Positions 8,534 through 19,421 of a stretch of 64,000 bases of DNA are shown here, piece by piece. Both the position numbers and the translations under genes were made by a program. The stretch's first letter is position 1. Every line of letters begins with the position of its first letter. The DNA comes from an uncultured Clostridia bacterium (GTDB lineage: Bacteria; Bacillota; Clostridia; TANB77; CAG-465). Location: NCBI GenBank assembly GCA_948562205.1, contig CAOYAN010000009.1:187-64186 (forward strand). The letters are read 5' to 3'. The notes beneath the pieces are model-generated. The model searched no databases, was not told the origin of the DNA, and saw only the letters and a program-made list of their open reading frames with translations.

Positions 8534-10252
8534 GTGTTACAATCAAAACTAATATCAAATACTAAAAAAGAATGGCCAAATGAGGCAACACTTAAAAGTC
8601 ATGGACTTTTAATAAAAGGTGGATATATAAAACAAATGGCAGCAGGAATATATACCTTAATGCCACTTGCAAGAAAAGTTACCTCTAAAATAGAGAATAT
8701 AATAAGGGAAGAAATGAATGCTCTTGGAGCACAAGAGGTTTTGATGCCTGTTGTTGCTACTAAAAAACTATGGGATATGTCTGGTAGATATTCAGCAATA
8801 AATGGTGAACTTTTAAAATTTAATGATAGAACAAAGGCTCCTATGGTACTTTCTATGACTCATGAAGAGGCAGTTGTATTTATGGCTATGACAGAGGCAA
8901 ATTCATATCAAAAATACCCATTTTCTGTATATCAAATACAAACAAAATTTAGAGATGAGGCAAGAAGTCGTGGTGGACTTATTCGTGTTAGAGAGTTTAC
9001 AATGAAAGATGCTTATTCTTTCCATACATCTAGTGAGTCTCTAGATAAAATATATGATGAATATTATGATGCATATAACAGAATATATAAAAGAGTAGGA
9101 ATTCCAGAAGTTATTGCTGTAGCATCTGATACAGGAATGATGGGAGGCAGTGGTGCTCATGAATATATGTTACTTTGTGATGCTGGTGAAGATAAAATTG
9201 TAGTATGTAAAGAGTGTGGATATAAAGCTAATATGGAAGTTGCATATACAGATGATTTTGAGCCATTTAACAAAAAAGAAGAAAACCTTGAAAAAATACA
9301 TACACCAAATACAAATACAATAGATACATTATGTGAATATATAAATAAGCCTAAAGAGGCTATGGCAAAAGCTGTAATATATACAAGAATGGATACAAAA
9401 GATCCTGTAGTTGTATTTATACGTGCTGATAAAGAAGTAAATGAAACAAAACTTACAAATTATATTGGATGTGATATAACTCCAAGAAAAGAAGTAGAAG
9501 ATGATAACATCACTTATGGATTTGTAGGCCCAGTAAATTTTAAAGGTAAAAATGCATCTGTAATATATGATAAATCATTACAAAATGAAAAATCATTAAT
9601 TTCAGGTGCAAATGAAAGAGATTATCATTATACTGGAATAAATATATTAAGAGATGTAGGAGAAGTCGAATTTATAGATGTTGCAAAGGTAACAGAAAAT
9701 GATACTTGTCCAATATGTAGTAAAAAAGCATTAACTATTTCAAATGGTATAGAAGTTGGTAATATTTTCAAACTTGGTACAAAATATACAAAATCAATGG
9801 GAATGACATATTTAGATGAAAATGGAAAGGAACAAAACCCTATAATGGGATGTTATGGTATAGGTGTTGGTCGTCTAATGGCATCTGTTCTTGAAGCAAG
9901 AGCGGATAAAAATGCTACTAATTGGCCAGCAAGTATAGCTCCATTTGATATTCATATTTTACCTATTGACTATACAAAATCTGATGATATAAAAAATATA
10001 AGTGACAGTCTATATGAAAAATTAAACGATATGGGATATGATGTATTATTTGATGATAGAGCCAAAAATCCTGGTGTTAAATTTGCAGATTCTGATTTAA
10101 TTGGTGCACCAATTAAAATAATAGTTAGTCGTAGAAATATAGAAAATAATGTATTTGAAATTAAAGTTTTAGGTAGTGATGAACCAAAACTTATAAATAT
10201 AGATGAAATATATGAATATATAAAAAATATAAGAGAAGAATTAATGAAATAA
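8534..10252 (+). CDS. proS: prolyl-tRNA synthetase, bacterial type with insertion domain (GTG start)
   Basis: Class II motifs (FRDE.R.R.GL.R.REF.MKDAYSF) and C-terminal anticodon-binding region; 572 aa. Confidence 0.93.
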   Translation: MLQSKLISNTKKEWPNEATLKSHGLLIKGGYIKQMAAGIYTLMPLARKVTSKIENIIREEMNALGAQEVLMPVVATKKLWDMSGRYSAINGELLKFNDRTKAPMVLSMTHEEAVVFMAMTEANSYQKYPFSVYQIQTKFRDEARSRGGLIRVREFTMKDAYSFHTSSESLDKIYDEYYDAYNRIYKRVGIPEVIAVASDTGMMGGSGAHEYMLLCDAGEDKIVVCKECGYKANMEVAYTDDFEPFNKKEENLEKIHTPNTNTIDTLCEYINKPKEAMAKAVIYTRMDTKDPVVVFIRADKEVNETKLTNYIGCDITPRKEVEDDNITYGFVGPVNFKGKNASVIYDKSLQNEKSLISGANERDYHYTGINILRDVGEVEFIDVAKVTENDTCPICSKKALTISNGIEVGNIFKLGTKYTKSMGMTYLDENGKEQNPIMGCYGIGVGRLMASVLEARADKNATNWPASIAPFDIHILPIDYTKSDDIKNISDSLYEKLNDMGYDVLFDDRAKNPGVKFADSDLIGAPIKIIVSRRNIENNVFEIKVLGSDEPKLINIDEIYEYIKNIREELMK

Positions 10253-10277
10253 ATTTTAGATTGGAGATTGGAATAAT

Positions 10278-11723
10278 ATGAAAGATTATGAAGTAATAAT
10301 TGGTTTAGAAGTACATGCAGAACTTTCTACAAATACAAAAATATATTGTAATTGTACAACAGAGTTTGGTGCAGATCCAAATACTCATTGTTGTCCAATA
10401 TGTACAGGAATGCCAGGAACACTTCCAGTATTAAATGAAAAAGTAGTAGAATATGCAGTAAAAGCAGGACTTGCTACAAACTGTGAAATATCTAGATTTT
10501 CAAAGCAAGACAGAAAGAACTACTTTTATCCAGATCTACCTAAAGCATATCAGACTTCACAATATGATTTACCGCTTTGTGAACATGGTAATTTAGAAAT
10601 AACAGTAGGTGAAAATGAGGATAAATACAAGAAAAATATTGGAATTACAAGAATACATATAGAAGAGGATGCAGGTAAACTAATACATGATGCATATACT
10701 GGAGATACATTAGTAGATATGAATAGATGTGCTGTTCCACTAATTGAGATCGTATCTGAACCTGATATAAGAAGTGCAGATGAGGCAGTAGCATATATGC
10801 AAACTCTAAAATCAATTTTAGAATATTTAGAGGTTTGTGATTGTAAAATGCAAGAGGGATCACTAAGATGTGATGTAAACTTATCTGTAAGAAAAATAGG
10901 AGAAAAAGAATTTGGTACTAGAACAGAAACTAAAAACTTAAACTCTTTTAAAGCAATTCACAACTGTATTACTTTTGAGACAAATAGACAAATTGAAGAA
11001 CTTGAAAATGGAGGAGAGATCTATCAAGAAACTAGACGTTTTGATGATGTAAAAGGTATTGGATATGCTATGCGTGCAAAAGAAGATGCACATGATTACA
11101 GATATTTTCCAGAGCCAGATTTAGCCCCTATTGTATTAAGTGATGAATATATTAATGATATAAAAGCATCCCTTCCAGAAATGCCACATATAAAGAAGGA
11201 AAGATATATTAGAGAATATGCACTTCCTGAGTATGATGCTACTCAACTTACAACTTCAAAATACGTTGCTAAGTTCTTTGAAGATACAAATGCTATATGT
11301 AATAATCCAAAAGCTGTTTCTAACTGGATTATGGGTGATTTATTTAGAATGATGAATGAGAGGGAAATAGAAATATCAGAGTGTAAAATATCATCAGAAT
11401 CTTTAGCTAAATTAATAGAGCTTATAGATAAAGGTGTTGTAAGTTCTAAAATTGCAAAGCAAGTTTTTGAAGAAATGTTTGAGAGTGGCAAAAATCCAGA
11501 ACAAATAGTAAAGGAAAAAGGTCTTGTTCAAATTTCTGATGAGAATGCTATAAAAGAAATGGTGGAGAGAGTAGTTTTAAATAATCCACAATCTGTAGCT
11601 GACTTTAAAGCTGGTAAAGATAGAGCACTAGGTTTCTTAGTTGGACAAATAATGAAAGAAACAAAGGGAAAAGCAAACCCACAAATTGTTAATAAACTAT
11701 TAATTGAAATATTAAATAAATAA
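10278..11723 (+). CDS. gatB: Asp/Glu-tRNA amidotransferase subunit B
   Basis: IGLEVHAEL, CPICTGMPGTLPVLN, C-terminal GatB/YqeY domain. Confidence 0.95.
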   Translation: MKDYEVIIGLEVHAELSTNTKIYCNCTTEFGADPNTHCCPICTGMPGTLPVLNEKVVEYAVKAGLATNCEISRFSKQDRKNYFYPDLPKAYQTSQYDLPLCEHGNLEITVGENEDKYKKNIGITRIHIEEDAGKLIHDAYTGDTLVDMNRCAVPLIEIVSEPDIRSADEAVAYMQTLKSILEYLEVCDCKMQEGSLRCDVNLSVRKIGEKEFGTRTETKNLNSFKAIHNCITFETNRQIEELENGGEIYQETRRFDDVKGIGYAMRAKEDAHDYRYFPEPDLAPIVLSDEYINDIKASLPEMPHIKKERYIREYALPEYDATQLTTSKYVAKFFEDTNAICNNPKAVSNWIMGDLFRMMNEREIEISECKISSESLAKLIELIDKGVVSSKIAKQVFEEMFESGKNPEQIVKEKGLVQISDENAIKEMVERVVLNNPQSVADFKAGKDRALGFLVGQIMKETKGKANPQIVNKLLIEILNK

Positions 11724-11750
11724 TATAATAATAGAAAATGGGGTGATTAA

Positions 11751-12233
11751 ATGAAAAAAAATAATATTATTTTAGCAATTGTCCTAGTTGCATTTGTGTT
11801 ATGTGTTATTCTTGTTATAGGATTTAGATTAAAGCCTACAGAAGAAGAGGTAGTAAATATAGATTTAAATGTACTTAAGACTAATATAGATACTGAGACT
11901 ACTTTTGGTGAGATGACAATGCAAGAAGTAGATAAAGACATTTTAAAGGATACTTTTAATATTAATGCAGAAATGATAGAAGAAGTAATTGGAAAGATAC
12001 CTTTAATTAATGTTCATTCAAGTACTTATGTAGTAGTTAAAACATCTACAGAAAATGTAAGTACTATAAAGGAAAAATTTGAAGAATATGGTAGAAATTA
12101 TGAAGAGCAGTGGAGAAAATATTTACCTGAAGAATATGAGCTTGTAAAGAAAAGAAAGATTGGATCAAAAGGTGATTATGTATATTTCATAGTTTCAGAC
12201 TCAGTAGAAGAAATAGTAGAAATGATTAAATAA
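11751..12233 (+). CDS. membrane-anchored hypothetical protein
   Basis: RBS GGGGTGA; single N-terminal TM segment. Confidence 0.55.
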   Translation: MKKNNIILAIVLVAFVLCVILVIGFRLKPTEEEVVNIDLNVLKTNIDTETTFGEMTMQEVDKDILKDTFNINAEMIEEVIGKIPLINVHSSTYVVVKTSTENVSTIKEKFEEYGRNYEEQWRKYLPEEYELVKKRKIGSKGDYVYFIVSDSVEEIVEMIK

Positions 12234-12304
12234 TAGCTAAAATTACCTACATTTTCAATATTTAAAGAGGGCAAAAGTATTAAGCTTTTACCCTCTAATT
12301 TTGA

Positions 12305-12670
12305 TTAACTTGCTTTCCAGTTTCTTCTATGGCAAATCTCGTTATAAATATGCTTAGGAACAGGATTATCGGTATATACAGTCAGAACAAGCGCAGACTC
12401 TATTGTTATAAATCCTTTGAAAACATCATAGATGAGTTCATATAACTCTGTAGAAAGCTTTCTTGTTGAAATCATGGCTCTTACTAAGCTTGCATAAAAT
12501 GATTCAGAGCCACGTATATCATTTATAAGTTCTTCAAAACCATCAGTACTTTCTGTATTATATAAAATACTTGCCAGAGCAGATATTTCTTCTGTTTTTT
12601 TAGGTAAATCTCTAATTGTAATTTCTTTTACATAGCTACGATCGTTACATTTGATTGTGATTGCTTTCAT
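12305..12670 (-). CDS. hypothetical protein (121 aa)
   Basis: RBS AGGAGG upstream on the minus strand; shared hairpin with the upstream convergent gene. Confidence 0.5.
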   Translation of the reverse strand: MKAITIKCNDRSYVKEITIRDLPKKTEEISALASILYNTESTDGFEELINDIRGSESFYASLVRAMISTRKLSTELYELIYDVFKGFITIESALVLTVYTDNPVPKHIYNEICHRRNWKAS

Positions 12671-12837
12671 AATATCCTCCTAAAAATTTGAGAATTAGTC
12701 TTAGTTATTAAAAAAGACTTGAATTTATTAGTGTGTACATTATATTATATGTTTACATAAAAAGCAAGATAATTGAAAAACTATTTAAAAATTTAGTTAA
12801 ATTTAATATCTATTTAATATAATTTAATATTAGGTAG

Positions 12838-13206
12838 GTGGTATTTTTGAATAAAAAATTAGTTTTTAATATACTTTTTAGATGTATAGTTATTTTTATA
12901 CTTGTAATTTATATAATTATTCCAAAAAATATTTCAGAAGATAAAGCATTGGATATATTACTTGAATATGATTTGGGACTTTATACAGGGATAGAAAATT
13001 TTCAAATACTTGGAAATGATTATAATGGAATAAAAGAACTTGATGATAAAAAATATTATATGTTTTCTTTTATGGAAAAAGAAAGTGAAAATTCACAAGG
13101 TAGTCATATAGCATATAACTTTGTTGTATCTATGGATGGAGAAGATGTATATAAGTATGATGTAGGAGAAGATGAATATATAAAACTTTTTAAGAAAAAA
13201 CAATAA
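12838..13206 (+). CDS. membrane-anchored hypothetical protein
   Basis: ORF track; N-terminal TM segment; non-ATG start. Confidence 0.4.
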   Translation: MVFLNKKLVFNILFRCIVIFILVIYIIIPKNISEDKALDILLEYDLGLYTGIENFQILGNDYNGIKELDDKKYYMFSFMEKESENSQGSHIAYNFVVSMDGEDVYKYDVGEDEYIKLFKKKQ

Positions 13207-13294
13207 TAAATGAATTTGATATAAAATTATAGTTATTTTTATTATAAATCTTGTGTAAACAGATGTTTTGATATATAATGTATATGGTGATATA

Positions 13295-15349
13295 ATGTCA
13301 ATTAATTTAGAACAGAATATACAATATATTAAAGGAGTAGGTCCTGCTAAAGCTTTACTTTTAAATAAACTTGGAATATTTACAGTAAAAGATTTAATGG
13401 AATATTATCCTAGAGTTTATGAAGATAGAACAAGATTAAAAAATATTTCTGAATTTTTAAATGGAGAGCAAGCTTTGTTTATAGCTACAGTATCTAGTCC
13501 TGTTAAAACACAAAGAATAAGAAAAAATTTAGTTATATATTCTACTTTTGTAAGTGACGATACAGGAGTTTGTAAAATGACTTGGTATAATCAAGCATAT
13601 ATAAAAACAAAACTTATAGAGGGAGAAAAATATTTATTTTATGGTAAGGTTGATATTGGACGTAGTAGAGCAAGTATTGATAGCTCACTTATATATAGCA
13701 TTTCAGATTTAGATAAAATACAAGGTATTTATCCTATATATTCGTTAACTGCTGGTATTACTCAAAATTATTTGTTTAAACTTGAGGATGAAATATATAA
13801 TAGTGATATATTAATAAGGGAGATATTTACTGATGAATTTAGAAAAAAGTATTCACTTGCAGAAGTAAACTATGCTATGAGAAACGTTCATTTTCCAAAG
13901 GATTTTAATGCTATAAATGTAGCAAGAAATAGGATTATATTTGAAGAATTATTTTTATTTCAGTTAGCACTTATGAATATTAAAAATAGTGGTATAGGAG
14001 TAAAGAAAAATACAATATATAAAGAAGTGGACTTAAAACCTTTTTTAGATCTCCTACCTTTTGAACTTACAAATGCTCAAAAAAATGTAGTAAATGAGAT
14101 AAGAAAAGATCTTACTAGTGATAAAGTTATGAATAGGCTTGTACAGGGAGACGTAGGTAGTGGTAAAACGATGGTTGCAGCACTTGCAATGTATATGGCA
14201 GTAAAAAATGGTTATCAAGCATCAATGATGGCTCCAACTACAATACTTGCAAATCAACACTATGATGAACTAAGTAAATATTTCGAAAAACTTGGTATTA
14301 GTACGGCTATAATTACTTCTAGTACAACAAAGAAAAATAAAAGAGAAATAGTAGAAAAATTAAAAAATAATGAAATAGATATATTAATTGGTACACATTC
14401 TCTAATAGAAGATGATATTTGTTTTAATAATCTTGGTATGGTTATAACTGATGAGCAACATAGATTTGGTGTAAAACAAAGAATGAAATTAAGTACTAAA
14501 GGAAATACAGTTGAAACATTGGTTATGACTGCGACTCCAATTCCTAGAACACTTGCAATAATACTATATGGTGATCTAGACCTATCTATAATTGATGAGA
14601 TGCCACCTGGACGTTCTCCAGTTATTACTGCTGTAAGAGATGAGAGCAGTGAAGATAAAATAAATGCTTTCTTAAAGTCTCAAATAAATGAGGGAAGACA
14701 AATATATGTAGTATGTCCATTAGTTGAAGAAAATGAAGATCTTGATTTAAATTCTGTAAATGTACTATTTGAAAGATATAAAAATGATGTATTTAAAGAT
14801 TACTCAGTTGAATTTCTACATGGCAAAATGAAGAATAAAGAAAAAGATGAAATAATGCAAAGATTTAAGGAAAATAAAATTAATATACTTATTTCTACTA
14901 CTGTAATAGAGGTAGGAATTAGTGTAAGCAATGCAACAGTTATGGTTATAGAAAATGCTGATAGATTTGGACTTGCTGCACTTCACCAATTAAGAGGTAG
15001 AGTAGGTAGAGGTAAGTATCAATCATATTGTATATTAAAAAGTAGTAATAGATCTGTTAATGCTCGTGAAAGGCTTAAAATAATGGAGAAGAGTAATAGT
15101 GGATTTGATATAGCAGAAAAAGACTTAGAGCTTAGAGGACCTGGAGACTTCTTTGGAATAAGGCAGTCTGGTATGCCAGAATTTAAACTTGCAAATCTTC
15201 TTACTGATACAAGTATTTTAAAATCTTCTCAAGAAGCTGCAAAAGAATTAGTACAAAAAGATAAAAATTTTGAACTTGAAGAAAATGCAAAGATTAAAGA
15301 AGCATTATTTGAAAAATTTGGTGAGCAACTAAATAATATAGCTACATAG
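13295..15349 (+). CDS. recG: ATP-dependent DNA helicase RecG
   Basis: Wedge domain; Walker A GDVGSGKT; DEQHRFG; TATPIPRT; QLRGRVGRG. I moved the start to the ATG after GGTGA. Confidence 0.92.
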   Translation: MSINLEQNIQYIKGVGPAKALLLNKLGIFTVKDLMEYYPRVYEDRTRLKNISEFLNGEQALFIATVSSPVKTQRIRKNLVIYSTFVSDDTGVCKMTWYNQAYIKTKLIEGEKYLFYGKVDIGRSRASIDSSLIYSISDLDKIQGIYPIYSLTAGITQNYLFKLEDEIYNSDILIREIFTDEFRKKYSLAEVNYAMRNVHFPKDFNAINVARNRIIFEELFLFQLALMNIKNSGIGVKKNTIYKEVDLKPFLDLLPFELTNAQKNVVNEIRKDLTSDKVMNRLVQGDVGSGKTMVAALAMYMAVKNGYQASMMAPTTILANQHYDELSKYFEKLGISTAIITSSTTKKNKREIVEKLKNNEIDILIGTHSLIEDDICFNNLGMVITDEQHRFGVKQRMKLSTKGNTVETLVMTATPIPRTLAIILYGDLDLSIIDEMPPGRSPVITAVRDESSEDKINAFLKSQINEGRQIYVVCPLVEENEDLDLNSVNVLFERYKNDVFKDYSVEFLHGKMKNKEKDEIMQRFKENKINILISTTVIEVGISVSNATVMVIENADRFGLAALHQLRGRVGRGKYQSYCILKSSNRSVNARERLKIMEKSNSGFDIAEKDLELRGPGDFFGIRQSGMPEFKLANLLTDTSILKSSQEAAKELVQKDKNFELEENAKIKEALFEKFGEQLNNIAT

Positions 15350-15454
15350 AATTACCACATTTATTCTTATTTACTTTATTTGACAATTATAAAATGGTGA
15401 TATATAATATATGAACGACACTATGAATAAAGCCTTTAGAATAGGAGTGCTTAA

Positions 15455-16123
15455 ATGGAGAAAAATAATTTTGTTGTTTTATTAGATCTTGATAATACTA
15501 TTTGGAATCATGTACCATTTGCTATACAAATTGTTGAGATGGCAAAATATTTAAATATTCCATATGAAGAAGAATTTTATAATCAATTATCTAACTTTTG
15601 GGCAGGTGATACTTTACAAGATATATTAGTAAGTATGAATTCTATTGGTGATATGGCTGAAAAGGAAATACCATATTTAACCAAACATGGAGCAAGAGGA
15701 GTAGATTTCTTGGATTCTATGACAATTACAGATACAGTTAGCTTAAATGAAGGAGCAAAAGAATTCTTAAGTTTTCTTAAAAGTAGTGGCTATACAGTAC
15801 TTGCATATACGGACTGGTTTATGAAATATCAATGTTTTATTATGGAAAGATTAGGTATTAGAGAGTATTTTGATGAAATATATGCATGGGATGGAACATA
15901 TCAAAAACCAAATAAGAAAAGGATACAAAATCTTGTAGCTAAATTTCCGAGTAAGAGATTTATATATGTAGGTGATAGCTTGCAAAGAGATATGGAAAGC
16001 GCAAATCATATAGATTGTATTGCTATATGGTATACAAATAAATATGTAGAAAATGATTTAAAGATTGATTATCATACTAATAATTTAAGTTCTATAATAG
16101 AGTATTTAAAAAGTATAAAATGA
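15455..16123 (+). CDS. HAD-superfamily hydrolase
   Basis: DLDNT motif I and a late GDS..D motif. Confidence 0.7.
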   Translation: MEKNNFVVLLDLDNTIWNHVPFAIQIVEMAKYLNIPYEEEFYNQLSNFWAGDTLQDILVSMNSIGDMAEKEIPYLTKHGARGVDFLDSMTITDTVSLNEGAKEFLSFLKSSGYTVLAYTDWFMKYQCFIMERLGIREYFDEIYAWDGTYQKPNKKRIQNLVAKFPSKRFIYVGDSLQRDMESANHIDCIAIWYTNKYVENDLKIDYHTNNLSSIIEYLKSIK

Positions 16124-16150
16124 AAGTAAAGCAGTGCTTTTGGCACTGCT

Positions 16151-16732
16151 TTATTGTATGATCTTAGTACTTATTTTTACTCCTAAATTATATAGTCCAA
16201 ACACTATTAGAATAGATATAATTGATGTAAGTATACTAGTAATTAGCGCTATATAAAATGGAACTACAAATTCTTCTTCATTTACTACTATATTATTTTC
16301 ATTGTTTTCTTTTCTTGGCTTTATATTTAATTTTTGTTTTACTTTAAATCTAATATATCCAAACAATTTCTTATAATCTATATTTATTGCATAATATGTA
16401 AATGATTGTATTAAAATAGTAATTATTGTAAGAATTACACCTACTATTATTAAATCTTTTTTATTTGTAATAGAAGATGGAGTCATAACAAGAGTTAATA
16501 TCATATCTTCTAAACCATTTGAAAAAGTATTTTTAAATATTAAGTAAAATGTAAGGATTGCAATCATCCATATTATCATTATAAGAATAGAGGGTATTAT
16601 TAACTTCCTTGAATCGTAATTGTGTCTATTTGTTATAATTAGACCAATCTTCATTGATGTAGATATAATTACTAATATTATAAGAAAAATTAGTAGTATT
16701 AGTAGTGTAGTTAAAAGCCACATATTTTTCAC
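16151..16732 (-). CDS. polytopic membrane protein, unknown function
   Basis: ORF track; 5-6 hydrophobic segments. Confidence 0.5.
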   Translation of the reverse strand: MKNMWLLTTLLILLIFLIILVIISTSMKIGLIITNRHNYDSRKLIIPSILIMIIWMIAILTFYLIFKNTFSNGLEDMILTLVMTPSSITNKKDLIIVGVILTIITILIQSFTYYAINIDYKKLFGYIRFKVKQKLNIKPRKENNENNIVVNEEEFVVPFYIALITSILTSIISILIVFGLYNLGVKISTKIIQ

Positions 16733-16744
16733 TTCTTTCTATAT

Positions 16745-18028
16745 TTATTGCTTCTTTAATCTTGTAAGTTCTAATAGCTTATTTGCTATTCTTTTATAAA
16801 TTGTTCTACTATGTTTTTGTTTTTCATTTGTTGATAGATCTTTTCTAGTTTTGTATGAGGCTATTATTTCTGTATATAACATTTCAAGTTTATCACCAAA
16901 TTCTTCTACAGAATTCATTTTTGCTGTTTCTAGTCCATTTGATATTAGCTTATCTGAAAGAGATTTATTAGTTAGTACATTTATAATTGAATTTGCAAAA
17001 TCAGTTTCTCTTTTTACAAGTATACCATTTTTATTATTTGTTATAAATTCCGATAAGTTAGGTGCATATTTGGCAACAATAGGTACACTTGCAGCCATAG
17101 CTTCTATAAAAGTAAGTCCTTGTGTCTCTGTAACAGATGCATTTACAAATACATCTCCAATACTATAGTATTTTGGTACTTCATTCCAAGGAATTTTACC
17201 TGTAAATATAACTTTATCATCTATTTTTAATTTTTTTGCTTGTTCTTCTAAATCTGTTTTTGATGGGCCATCACCAACAATTAAGAATTTTGTATTAGGT
17301 AATGATTTAAATACTAGTGGCATGTTATTCATAATAACATCTATACTTTTTTCTTCAGCTACTCTTCCTAAAAATAATATAACTTTATCATCTTTTTTTA
17401 TTCCTAAAGATTTTTTTAATTCATCTTTTTGACTAGTAGAAAAATTTTCTTTTTTAAAAGGAATAATATCTATTCCTGTTGGTATTACATATATAGGTTT
17501 ATTTTTTATCTTGCATTTATATTTTAAGTACTTTTCAGTTTTTTTAGATGGTGTAATAATGCATTCTGCTTTTGTAGCAAAGTTTTTTGAGAAAGTACGA
17601 GCAAAACGTTTTGTATAAATATTTCTACCACCTTTTATAGGTATAATATAATGTATGTAATCTTCCCACATAGTATGATAAGTATGAATAAAAGGAATAT
17701 TATATTTTCTTGATATAATTTTACCAAAAAGTCCTAGTGAAAATTCACTTTGAGTATGGACTATATCTAAGTTTAGTTCCTTTATTTTTTTGGCTACATC
17801 TCTAGAGTAGAATGCAGCAATTCTATTTTTATACTGTCTAGCAACAATTAGAGGCATGCTCTTTAACATATATAAACTTTGATTTTCGTTTGGTTGTGTT
17901 GACTTAGACGGCGCAAAAACGTAAACTTCATGTCCACGTTTTTTCATTTCTTGTTCTAACATATTTATTGATGTAACAACTCCAGATGTTACTGGGTTAT
18001 ATGCATCTGTAAAAATACCAATTTTCAT
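16745..18028 (-). CDS. GT4-family glycosyltransferase (diacylglycerol glucosyltransferase-like)
   Basis: MKIGIFTD..P..SGV N-terminus; E.QGLT.IEAMA.G.P motif. Confidence 0.85.
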   Translation of the reverse strand: MKIGIFTDAYNPVTSGVVTSINMLEQEMKKRGHEVYVFAPSKSTQPNENQSLYMLKSMPLIVARQYKNRIAAFYSRDVAKKIKELNLDIVHTQSEFSLGLFGKIISRKYNIPFIHTYHTMWEDYIHYIIPIKGGRNIYTKRFARTFSKNFATKAECIITPSKKTEKYLKYKCKIKNKPIYVIPTGIDIIPFKKENFSTSQKDELKKSLGIKKDDKVILFLGRVAEEKSIDVIMNNMPLVFKSLPNTKFLIVGDGPSKTDLEEQAKKLKIDDKVIFTGKIPWNEVPKYYSIGDVFVNASVTETQGLTFIEAMAASVPIVAKYAPNLSEFITNNKNGILVKRETDFANSIINVLTNKSLSDKLISNGLETAKMNSVEEFGDKLEMLYTEIIASYKTRKDLSTNEKQKHSRTIYKRIANKLLELTRLKKQ

Positions 18029-18327
18029 TAAATTTTACAACTCCTTATGTTTTTTCATTAAACATTTATATAAACAATTGTATGCATATTATATATTAAA
18101 AAATAACAATTGTCAAGAAAGGTATTTTTTTAGAATAATCTAGGTATATAAATATAATTAGTATATTTATATGTATAGTATAAATTAAATTTACATAAAA
18201 TAAAAAAATACATATTGACTTATTTTTTAAATACATGTTATAATATAATTATACGAGTAAAAATAACAAAAGATAACATTATTATTTGCCTAAAACTAGG
18301 CAGAAAATAAGAAAGGAATGAATTTTA

Positions 18328-18942
18328 ATGAGAAAACATAAAATTAAGTTTAATGAAATATTAATACTTATTGTATTTATAGCAGTAGTATCTTTTACTG
18401 CTATAAACATAAAAAATCTATTAAAAAGAGAAGAAGTAAAAAACATTACTGAGGCAATTACAACAGGATCTAATGAAAAGAAAAGTGGTGGTATTTTTGC
18501 ATCTTTATACTCAAATGAGGATACTCCACTAAAAGTTACTGGAAATGCAATAGCAGTACTAGATATTCCATCTCGTGGAATTAGAGGTCAAGTTGTAAAT
18601 GGCATTGATGATGAAACACTAAAAAATTATATTGGTAGATTTGAATCATCTGCAGAGCCAGGTCAAGTTGGTAATTTTTGTGTAGCCGCTCACAATAACA
18701 TATATACTGAATTATTTGCAAATCTACATAATGTTCAAATAGGTGATAGAGTAAGAATTGTAACTATGACTAATGAATATATTTATAGGGTTACTTCAAA
18801 GGAAGTAGTAACTCCTGATAGAACTGATGTATTAGAGGGAAGTACTAAAAGAGAAATAACTATGATAACTTGTACAGATGCTGCTACAAGAAGAGTTGTT
18901 GTAAAAGGTGAACTTTTATCTGAGAAAATAATTGAGGAATAA
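18328..18942 (+). CDS. sortase family transpeptidase
   Basis: N-terminal TM anchor; AAHN His region; TMITC catalytic Cys; downstream Arg (RRVVV). Confidence 0.85.
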   Translation: MRKHKIKFNEILILIVFIAVVSFTAINIKNLLKREEVKNITEAITTGSNEKKSGGIFASLYSNEDTPLKVTGNAIAVLDIPSRGIRGQVVNGIDDETLKNYIGRFESSAEPGQVGNFCVAAHNNIYTELFANLHNVQIGDRVRIVTMTNEYIYRVTSKEVVTPDRTDVLEGSTKREITMITCTDAATRRVVVKGELLSEKIIEE

Positions 18943-18976
18943 TATATAAAGCACTTATTTAAAATAGGTGCCTTAT

Positions 18977-19044
18977 TCAGACTATTGACAAAGTAATTTT
19001 GTCAATAGTCTGACACAAATACTATGAATATATAGTATCTGTGT
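18977..19044. repeat. two abutting palindromes (16-bp perfect stem, then a 13-bp stem with 1 mismatch)
   Basis: TCAGACTATTGACAAA-GTAAT-TTTGTCAATAGTCTGA, then ACACAAATACTAT-GAATAT-ATAGTATCTGTGT. Confidence 0.7.
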
Positions 19045-19421
19045 TTCTCTTTAGTATATAATTATATCTCTTTTATAAGTTGAAATAATAAAAAATATAT
19101 ATGTAACTATAGTATGTTTTATCCACCATGTTTCTACATAAAAAATATCTTAAAATATAGTATTTAACTAGTTTTGTCGAATGTTTAAAAATTTTAGAAA
19201 AACACTTTACAAACGATAAAAAAGATGTATAATAGTTACTATCACTAATATGTGTTACTCAAAATAAATTTTTTATCTAATTTAATTTATTTATTTAATT
19301 TTTTCAAAAATAATTTTTAAATATTTAATTCTAATAAATATCCAAAGTAAAGAAAGAATTTGAAAATATATTGCATATATTAAATTTATGTGATAGAATG
19401 GTGGTGTTAAAAATAATACAT

